From Chitinophagaceae bacterium (GTDB lineage Bacteria > Bacteroidota > Bacteroidia > Chitinophagales > Chitinophagaceae), in the NCBI GenBank assembly GCA_016786965.1, contig JAEUVL010000010.1, positions 1-37,372 of the forward strand: a DNA stretch of 37,372 nt, read 5' to 3'. Position numbers and translations under genes: made by a program. Numbering within the stretch: the first letter of the stretch is position 1; each line of letters begins with the position of its first letter. Under the pieces are notes generated by a model that saw nothing but the letters and a program-made list of their open reading frames with translations, ran no database searches and was not told the DNA's origin. Positions 1 through 7,044 of the stretch are shown here, piece by piece.

Positions 1-1
1 T

Positions 2-238
2 TTGTTTCCCGTCATTTTTCTTGGCCTGGGTTTCCTTGCTACCAAAGAACCACTTGTTGCAACAGTGCTTGGGATCCTTATTATGATAGGATACTGGATA
101 TATATAGCTGTTGCGCTTGACATTAGTTTCCTCTTAAAAGGCTGGCTGGGCAAAGCGATCATTATCTATTTACTTTTTGCAGGATTGCAAAATGCCCGGG
201 AAGCACACCATATAAGACAGGAATTGAAAACCATGTAG
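2..238 (+). CDS. Membrane protein, 5'-truncated by the window edge; paralog of 652..1104
   Basis: Hydrophobic helices; IFLGLGF..K.P..A...G.....YWI...KG...K.III.Y aligns by eye with the C-terminal half of the 150-aa protein. Confidence 0.75.
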   Translation: MFPVIFLGLGFLATKEPLVATVLGILIMIGYWIYIAVALDISFLLKGWLGKAIIIYLLFAGLQNAREAHHIRQELKTM

Positions 239-263
239 GTCTTAACATAAGAACTATTGATCC

Positions 264-286
264 GCTTCATGAGGAGCGTTTTTTTA
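264..286 (+). terminator. Intrinsic terminator
   Basis: cgcttc-atga-ggagcg hairpin followed by a T7 run just after the stop at 238. Confidence 0.65.
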
Positions 287-355
287 TCTGATTAAACCCC
301 GCACATTAATGACTGCCTACGTTTTCGTATTTATTTTAGAGCCAAAATAAAAAGT

Positions 356-547
356 ATGAAACCTGGCAAATTCATATTCCTTACCGGGATTTATTCCTTG
401 CATTTTCCTCTGTTAATACAACTAATGCACAGCGATACGGTATTTATGACCGTCTTGAAGATCGAAGGGATTCGGCGGGAAGATGTAAAAGACTGAAGAG
501 AAGATATGAGAGACTGCCTAGAAGATAGAAGAGACACAAGATTTTAA
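356..547 (+). pseudogene. Degraded secreted protein with Asp/Arg/Glu heptad repeats
   Basis: Reconstructs as MKPGKFIFLTG/LFLAFSSVNTTNA-QRYGIY-DRLEDRR-D/RREDVK-D*REDMR-DCLEDRR-DTRF* with two frameshifts and one internal TGA. Confidence 0.65.
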
Positions 548-651
548 TCCTCTTTTTTCAATATATATCAAAGCCCACTATGGTTTTTTCAGACAGGGCT
601 TTCTTATTTCCGGGTTAAATCCAAAAAAATATTATCTTACTAAAAAAAGTA

Positions 652-1104
652 ATGTCTGAAAATCAATCTGCACAACATCAGGAGGAAAAAAAGGAAGATG
701 TTATTTCTGAGTATTATGATGGTGTAAAAAAACTGGAACTTCAGGGCTATGAAACAGGAATCAAAAAGGCCAGAACGGCATTGTTTGTAACAGCAGGGTT
801 GCTTTTGCTGGGCGAAATCCTTACAGCTTCAATGAGTGGAATTGAATGGACTCCTCTTATGATTGGTATTGTAGTAATTGAGGTGGGGATTTTTATAGCG
901 CTTGGTTTTTGGACTAAAACCAAACCTTACTCTGCTATTATCACTGGTCTTGTCCTCTTTATATTGTACTGGATCGCAGGTATTGCTATCAATGGTTTTG
1001 AGGCTGCATACAAAGGGATCTTTGTTAAAATAATAATTATTGTTTACCTGGCCCAGGCAATAAAGCCTGCTAAAGCATGGGAGGATACTAAAAGAAATAG
1101 ATAA
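652..1104 (+). CDS. Hypothetical membrane protein, about 4 TM helices
   Basis: 150-aa ORF, A-rich leader, hydrophobic segments, followed by a terminator. Confidence 0.85.
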   Translation: MSENQSAQHQEEKKEDVISEYYDGVKKLELQGYETGIKKARTALFVTAGLLLLGEILTASMSGIEWTPLMIGIVVIEVGIFIALGFWTKTKPYSAIITGLVLFILYWIAGIAINGFEAAYKGIFVKIIIIVYLAQAIKPAKAWEDTKRNR

Positions 1105-1138
1105 ATAAACCCCGCATTGCGGGGTTTATTTATCTATT
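1096..1138. terminator. Bidirectional intrinsic terminator
   Basis: Perfect 21-bp inverted repeat aatagataaataaaccccgca-t-tgcggggtttatttatctatt between convergent genes. Confidence 0.9.
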
Positions 1139-1153
1139 ATACGTTGATAATCT

Positions 1154-2128
1154 CTACCATCCTAATACCCATGCAAATATCAGCGGGGCTACGATTGTGG
1201 CGTCACTCTCCACAATAAACTTGGGTGTATTGATATCCAACTTGCCCCAGGTAATCTTTTCATTGGGTACAGCGCCGGAATAGGATCCATAAGAGGTGGT
1301 AGAATCGCTGATCTGACAGAAATAACTCCAGAATGGCACATCATGCCATTCAAGGTCCTGGTACATCATTGGCACTACGCAGATAGGGAAATCGCCTGCA
1401 ATACCTCCTCCGATCTGGAAGAAGCCGACTCCTTTACCAGCAGAATTATTGCGATACCATTCCGTTAACCACACCATGTATTCAATACCGCTTTTTACCG
1501 TACTGGCTTTCAGCTCTCCTTTAACCACATAACTGGCAAATATATTTCCGGTAGTACTGTCTTCCCAACCCGGCACTACTATGGGAATATTTTTTTCTGC
1601 TGCTGCTACAATCCAGCTATCTTTTGGATCTATTTCATAATATTGTTCCAATTCGCCGCTTAGTACAGTTTTATATAAAAACTCATGTGGAAAATAACGT
1701 ACTCCTTTTGATTCCGCTTCCTTCCATTGTTTTACCAGGTGCTTCTGCAAACGGCGAAAGGCCTCCTCCTCGGGAATACAGGTATCTGTAACCCGGTTGT
1801 AATGATTTTCCAGCAGGTCCCATTCATCCTGTGGAGTTAGGTCACGGTAGTTCGGAATTCTTTTGTACTTGGAATGTGCCACCAGGTTCATTACATCTTC
1901 TTCCAGGTTGGCGCCGGTACAACTAATAATATCCACTTTTCCCTGCCGGATCATTTCGGCAAATGAAATACCCAATTCTCCGGTACTCATGGCTCCGGCC
2001 AGTGTAACCATCATTTTACCTCCTTCCAATAAATGCTGTTCATAACCTTTAGCAGCATCCATCAGTGCGGCTGCATTAAAATGACGGTAATGATGCTGAA
2101 TGAATTGTGAAACGGGTCCTTTTGTCAT
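1154..2128 (-). CDS. Deoxyhypusine synthase family protein (possible homospermidine synthase)
   Basis: Motifs TGANLEED, NRVTD, IGGG, YGSYSGAVPNEKITWGK (catalytic Lys), SDATIVAPL. Confidence 0.9.
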   Translation of the reverse strand: MTKGPVSQFIQHHYRHFNAAALMDAAKGYEQHLLEGGKMMVTLAGAMSTGELGISFAEMIRQGKVDIISCTGANLEEDVMNLVAHSKYKRIPNYRDLTPQDEWDLLENHYNRVTDTCIPEEEAFRRLQKHLVKQWKEAESKGVRYFPHEFLYKTVLSGELEQYYEIDPKDSWIVAAAEKNIPIVVPGWEDSTTGNIFASYVVKGELKASTVKSGIEYMVWLTEWYRNNSAGKGVGFFQIGGGIAGDFPICVVPMMYQDLEWHDVPFWSYFCQISDSTTSYGSYSGAVPNEKITWGKLDINTPKFIVESDATIVAPLIFAWVLGW

Positions 2129-2242
2129 AACTGTATTTTTAAAAGACCGCCTTCAGATCGCAATAAGACGAGACCATGCGGTGCTATTTCCAGAAGAATA
2201 AGTTCTGCAAATAGTGCCGCAAAATTACAGTATTGACCAAAT

Positions 2243-2272
2243 AAAAAATCCTGCTTTTTTAAACAGGACTTT
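2243..2272 (-). terminator. Intrinsic terminator for 2291..2734
   Basis: Minus strand aaagtcctgtt-taaaa-aagcaggatttttt. Confidence 0.7.
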
Positions 2273-2290
2273 CTATCAGTATCCGCTTAT

Positions 2291-2734
2291 TCAGCTTTTG
2301 ATTCTTTCCTTTTCAAGAATATTACCAGATGCATCCAACAGCACCCTGTATTTCTTTTTCTGTGACGTCAGTGTAAGCCTGTACCGGGTTCCATTCGCAT
2401 TGTTTATCTCATACACATCTAATACATCAGCACTGGCAAACCGTTTATTCACAGAAGTCATTACTGAGATAGGTAATTGATTAAAGAAGAGGGACCGTAC
2501 ACTTCCTTCTAGTTCACCTTCTTTATTATAGTAGGCTTCTGTGACACATCCCTGGTAAACAAAATTGGCCCGGTAATAATCGCCTGATTCTAACCACCTG
2601 ACGGATTCGGCACCCGCAAATTCTTTTTCAAATGACGCTTTGAGTTCTTCGGTGATACCTGGATCATTTTTTGCAAAAGCAGTGGTCACTGCAATGATCA
2701 GCAATAAGGAGGCTGATAATAATACTTTTTTCAT
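2291..2734 (-). CDS. Secreted PepSY-like/BLIP-like (DUF2874-like) protein
   Basis: Signal peptide ending AFA; F.K.F.GA..V.W, Y.A.F, YNKEGEL, LP..V repeat architecture. Confidence 0.75.
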   Translation of the reverse strand: MKKVLLSASLLLIIAVTTAFAKNDPGITEELKASFEKEFAGAESVRWLESGDYYRANFVYQGCVTEAYYNKEGELEGSVRSLFFNQLPISVMTSVNKRFASADVLDVYEINNANGTRYRLTLTSQKKKYRVLLDASGNILEKERIKS

Positions 2735-2774
2735 GGCTTAAGGTTTAATAATTAATGATTATTGATTTACTAAA

Positions 2775-2805
2775 CAAAAATACAATGGGAGAAAAGTGAA
2801 GTCAA
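2775..2805 (-). promoter_or_regulatory. Bacteroidota primary-sigma promoter
   Basis: TTG (2805-2803)-N20-TATTTTTG (2782-2775). Confidence 0.65.
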
Positions 2806-2874
2806 GCGAATTGTGATTTGAGGTAACGATTGTTAAGAACATTAACTGCTGGCAACAATGATTAACGTAAATCG

Positions 2875-2917
2875 AAAAAGACAAAACCCCGTCTTCAGGA
2901 TGAAGAACGGGGCTTGT
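2875..2917 (-). terminator. Intrinsic terminator for 2974..3420
   Basis: Minus strand aagccccgttcttca-tcc-tgaagacggggttttgtcttttt. Confidence 0.85.
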
Positions 2918-2973
2918 TTTACCACACACCAAAACTTTCTTTCACAACGAAACTCTATGTATGCTTCTCTGTG

Positions 2974-3420
2974 TTATGATTTTTTTACTTTTTTGTATTG
3001 GCTCCATCCATTACCACCTGATGCTTTCAATACAATTTTTGTATCTGCATTCTCCAGAGTGATATAGTAGCTGGTACTCTCACTTTTTGCTACTTCGAGC
3101 AGATCGCTCACCCAATAAGAGGTAAAATCTTTTTTCAGACTGGTTTGCAGGTTCAGTGGCAGGTCTGCAGGACTAATATTCCGGCTGAGACCGAGCAACT
3201 CACCTTCTTCGCTGTAATATGCATACACATAATTATCATTGTACCGGAATGAAGCCATATAGTAATCACTGCCAACGGTCCATTCTACTTCTTTTGCTGT
3301 ATTAAATTCAGTGTTAAAAGCTTTCAATACTTTTTCTGAAACATTTCTTACTTCCCCGGCAAAAGCACTTAAACTTAAAGTGCAGACAGCGATTGCCAGC
3401 GTTAAAATCATCTTTTTCAT
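2974..3420 (-). CDS. Secreted PepSY-like/BLIP-like protein, paralog of 2291..2734
   Basis: Signal peptide ending AFA; AF..EF..AKEVEW, DYY.ASF.Y, AYYSEEGELLG, DLP. Confidence 0.75.
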   Translation of the reverse strand: MKKMILTLAIAVCTLSLSAFAGEVRNVSEKVLKAFNTEFNTAKEVEWTVGSDYYMASFRYNDNYVYAYYSEEGELLGLSRNISPADLPLNLQTSLKKDFTSYWVSDLLEVAKSESTSYYITLENADTKIVLKASGGNGWSQYKKVKKS

Positions 3421-3474
3421 AATCGATTTTTTTAGGTCCAGGTTTACTTATTTTATTTGAACTGTGTGACGGCA

Positions 3475-3505
3475 CAAAAGTAGATTAGGTTACAGCCTCC
3501 CGCAA
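3475..3505 (-). promoter_or_regulatory. Bacteroidota primary-sigma promoter
   Basis: TTG (3505-3503)-N20-TACTTTTG (3482-3475). Confidence 0.65.
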
Positions 3506-3643
3506 GTCATTTGTGATTAGTGGAAGGGAGTGTTAATTGCTGTTAACAAAAGTGAGATAAAGTGAACCGCTGAACACTTTTAAAAGCCGGTTATCCTGAG
3601 AATAGATCGAAAAGTTCATAATTTTAAGTTCAATCTTTTATAT

Positions 3644-5077
3644 ATGGCTCCACTAAAAATTTCTTTTACGCTACTATTGTTGCTCTTTTCCTACGTTTTA
3701 CCTGCACAAGAAGTAAATAAGCTTGTTGGCAGCTGGGAAGGAAAACTAAATGTGGGGATTGAGCTGCGGGTTGTGTTTCACATAAAAGAAGATGCAAAAA
3801 GCGGATTTATCACTACTGCAGACAGTCCCGATCAGTCTGCATATGGTTTAAAATGCGATAATACTACGATTAAGGAAAATGAAGTCATCATTGAAATGAA
3901 TACGATGAATGCTTCCTTTACCGGCAAACTGCTGAACGACAGCACTATTGAGGGCATGTTTAAACAAGGAGCCGAGTTGCCATTGACACTAAGGAAAGTA
4001 ACTACAACAGCGGAGAATAAAGAGAATAAAAGGCCGCAAACTCCCAAACCTCCATTTTCATATCAAAGCGAAGATGTATTGTATTATAGCAGAGACAAGT
4101 CTCTTACTTATGGGGCTACTATTACAATTCCGAAGGGAAACGGCCCATTCCCTTCTATAGTACTTATTACAGGATCCGGGCAGCAAGATCGTGATGAAAA
4201 CATTTTGGGCCATAAAATATTTGCTGTCATTGCGGACCATCTCACAAAAGCCGGATATATTGTATTGAGAGCGGATGACAGAGGAATGGGGAAAAGCACA
4301 GGTATTTTTAACGAAGCAACAAGCGAGGACTTTGCAATTGATGTGAGTAACAGCGTGGATTATTTACTTACAAGACCGGAAGCAGATAAAAATAAAATAG
4401 GCCTTATTGGCCATAGTGAAGGTGGTATGATTGCCCCAATGGTAGCCGCGAAAAGAAATGATATCCATTTCGTTATTCTGTTGGCTGCACCCGGTGTCCG
4501 CATTGTTGAGCTCATGGCAGAACAAAATGCTGCTATTGCAAAAGCAAACGGCGCAAGTAAAGAAACCACAGAGTCTATCAAGCCCTTATTCATACGTGTT
4601 GCCAATGCCATATACGATGCTCCTGATAGTGCACAAGCCTTTGCGAATGCAGCCATGATAACTGAAAACTGGGTCCGTACAAAAAGTATTGATGTACTAA
4701 AAGAACTGGAGTTTGAAACTGTCGCTAAGAGAGAGGCTTATATTACCGAAATGGTGAAAGAATTCAGGTCTCCCTGGTTCAGGTATTTTCTAAAATTTGA
4801 TCCCGGTCCTTACCTTGAGCAGTTAAAGTGTAAAGTACTGGCATTAAATGGCGAAAAGGATATACAGGTCATTTCCAGTCAAAACCTGGCTGGGATTAAG
4901 AGGGCTTTAAAAAACAGTTCTTCGAAACAGTTTGAAATAAAGGAACTACCCAATCTGAATCATTTATTTCAAACCTGTGAAAAATGCACAATAGAAGAAT
5001 ACGGCCAACTTACAGAAACTTTCTCGCCGGTTGCGCTGCAGATCATTAGCGATTGGTTGAATAAAAATATAAAGTAA
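3644..5077 (+). CDS. Secreted alpha/beta-fold hydrolase (serine aminopeptidase/esterase-like)
   Basis: Signal peptide; GSGQQDRDE, DDRGMGKS, nucleophile GHSEGG, GEKDIQV, NHLFQ. Confidence 0.9.
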   Translation: MAPLKISFTLLLLLFSYVLPAQEVNKLVGSWEGKLNVGIELRVVFHIKEDAKSGFITTADSPDQSAYGLKCDNTTIKENEVIIEMNTMNASFTGKLLNDSTIEGMFKQGAELPLTLRKVTTTAENKENKRPQTPKPPFSYQSEDVLYYSRDKSLTYGATITIPKGNGPFPSIVLITGSGQQDRDENILGHKIFAVIADHLTKAGYIVLRADDRGMGKSTGIFNEATSEDFAIDVSNSVDYLLTRPEADKNKIGLIGHSEGGMIAPMVAAKRNDIHFVILLAAPGVRIVELMAEQNAAIAKANGASKETTESIKPLFIRVANAIYDAPDSAQAFANAAMITENWVRTKSIDVLKELEFETVAKREAYITEMVKEFRSPWFRYFLKFDPGPYLEQLKCKVLALNGEKDIQVISSQNLAGIKRALKNSSSKQFEIKELPNLNHLFQTCEKCTIEEYGQLTETFSPVALQIISDWLNKNIK

Positions 5078-5104
5078 TTTACAGCTACGTAAATCAATTC
5101 GTCT

Positions 5105-5713
5105 ATCAACTATCTGGCCCACGCATATCTCTCTTTTAACCACCCCGATATCCTGGTGGGCAATATGATCAGTGATTTTGTAAAGGGGAAAAAGAAATTT
5201 GACTATCCCAGTGCAATTCAAAAAGGTATTGAGTTGCACCGGGCTATTGATACTTTTACGGACAGTCACCTTGCTACCAGGGAAGCAAAGGAAGTATTTC
5301 GTCCTGTTTACCGGCTATACAGCGGCGCTTTTATAGATGTGGTCTATGATCATTTCCTGGCCATCGACCAGGCGGAGTTTACTGAAAGTTCTTTACTACA
5401 GTTTTCCCTGCAGGTGTATAAAGAAATGGATGAAAAAGCAGAATGGATACCCGACCCTTTTGCCCTGATGTTTCCCTATATGAAGGAGCATAACTGGCTT
5501 TACAATTACCGTACCCGGGGGGGTATTGAAAAAAGCCTGGGCGGAGTAGTGCGGCGGGCTGCTTATTTATCGGATAGCGGCCCTGCTTTTCAACTTTTTG
5601 AACAGCATTACCAACTATTGCAGGACTGTTATCATCACTTTTGGGCAGACATTAAACCTTTCATCCTGGAAAAGTTCAACGAATTGCTAAATGATGAGAG
5701 AACAAGGATATAA
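5105..5713 (+). CDS. acpH: Acyl carrier protein phosphodiesterase
   Basis: (I)NYLAHAYLS..GNMISDFVKG, GIELHRAIDTFTDSH, DVVYDHFLA; conserved N-terminus begins at ATC 5105, upstream of the GTG at 5156 used by the ORF track. Confidence 0.85.
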   Translation: MNYLAHAYLSFNHPDILVGNMISDFVKGKKKFDYPSAIQKGIELHRAIDTFTDSHLATREAKEVFRPVYRLYSGAFIDVVYDHFLAIDQAEFTESSLLQFSLQVYKEMDEKAEWIPDPFALMFPYMKEHNWLYNYRTRGGIEKSLGGVVRRAAYLSDSGPAFQLFEQHYQLLQDCYHHFWADIKPFILEKFNELLNDERTRI

Positions 5714-5765
5714 TTGGTAACACCCGAACAAACAAATCGTTTTACATTTGTAAATACTCCCTTTT

Positions 5766-6332
5766 ATGCGAAAAATCATTGGCCTGCTGGCTGTATTCCA
5801 ATTATTCTTTATCTGTTTGCTGGCACAGAATACTTCCCTGCCGCCGGTAGATAAGTCTCCAATGGACATGAGTTATTACCCGGCCAATTACCCAGTATTA
5901 AAGATACAGGATAAGATTACGGAGCCTTTGGCTGCAAGGGTGGTTTACAGCCGGCCGCAAAAGGCGGGCAGACCAATTTTTGGCGGCTTGGTAAAATACG
6001 GTGAGTTATGGAGGCTTGGGGCCAATGAAGCTACTGAAATAGAGTTCTTTAAAAACGTACGTATTGCGGGTAAAAAAATAAACAAAGGCCGCTATACCCT
6101 GTATGCCATTGTTACTGAAAAGTCGTGGACCATCATTCTGAATAAAGACACAGATACCTGGGGGTCTTTTAAGTATGATGCCAAAAAAGATGTGGTGAGA
6201 GCTACAGCATCCATACAAAAAACAGATACGGTGATCGAATCTTTGTCAATGGCTTTTGAAAAATCAACCGGAGGCTTTAACCTTGTAATAGGATGGGAAA
6301 CCATAAAAGCCTCATTACCCATTACCTTCTAA
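5766..6332 (+). CDS. DUF2911 family secreted protein
   Basis: YSRPQKAGRPIFGGLVKYGELWRLGANEAT, GRYTLY, WG..Y; signal peptide ending LLA-Q. Confidence 0.85.
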   Translation: MRKIIGLLAVFQLFFICLLAQNTSLPPVDKSPMDMSYYPANYPVLKIQDKITEPLAARVVYSRPQKAGRPIFGGLVKYGELWRLGANEATEIEFFKNVRIAGKKINKGRYTLYAIVTEKSWTIILNKDTDTWGSFKYDAKKDVVRATASIQKTDTVIESLSMAFEKSTGGFNLVIGWETIKASLPITF

Positions 6333-6344
6333 TGACAGCGTAGT

Positions 6345-6983
6345 ATGAAATCTTTATTATTGTCACTGCTTATTGCCTGTAGTCTTCTTTCCTGTAACAA
6401 TAAAAAGGAAAACAATTCTGCTCCGGCTTCAAAGAACAATACTGCAGATAGTGTTACCCCTTCAAAACCTGAAAGGCCGACAGTAAATCCTTATGCTGGA
6501 GTAGATATATCTCCGATGGATATGGCTTACTTTCCTGCGGATTACCCCAAATTAAAAATGTCGAAAGCTATCAGCACAGCACCTTTAGCTAGGATTATAT
6601 ACAGCCGCCCACATTTACAAGGCCGCCATATTTTTCATGAAGTGCTTAAGTACGAAGAACCCTGGAGACTTGGCGCCAATGAAGCAACAGAACTTGAACT
6701 GTTCAGTGATGCGACAATACAGGGCAAAAAAATAAAAGCAGGCCGTTACAGTATATATTGCATACCGCATAAAGACAACTGGACAGTAGCGATCAATTCA
6801 AGTATTGATACATGGGGGCTAGAACCCGACCTTTCCAAAGATATTGCCCGGTTTACTGTGCCGGTATCCACAACTAATAATACACTTGAGTTTTTCACTA
6901 TGGTATTCCTGAAAAAAGATGCTGGCGCAGAGCTGTTAATGGCCTGGGATGATGTGGAAGTACGATTACCTATCTCCTTCTGA
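6345..6983 (+). CDS. DUF2911 family lipoprotein
   Basis: Lipobox LLS-C; YSRPHLQGR, WRLGANEATE, AGRYSIY. Confidence 0.85.
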   Translation: MKSLLLSLLIACSLLSCNNKKENNSAPASKNNTADSVTPSKPERPTVNPYAGVDISPMDMAYFPADYPKLKMSKAISTAPLARIIYSRPHLQGRHIFHEVLKYEEPWRLGANEATELELFSDATIQGKKIKAGRYSIYCIPHKDNWTVAINSSIDTWGLEPDLSKDIARFTVPVSTTNNTLEFFTMVFLKKDAGAELLMAWDDVEVRLPISF

Positions 6984-7044
6984 TTTTATACTACTCCTTC
7001 CCTTTTTTGGTTTTTGGAGTTTATTATTGTGATATTTACATACT

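Noticed and set aside
5075-5107. Readthrough fusion of the hydrolase and AcpH (same frame)
   Set aside because: Two TAA stops intervene, and a secreted hydrolase fused to cytoplasmic AcpH is implausible
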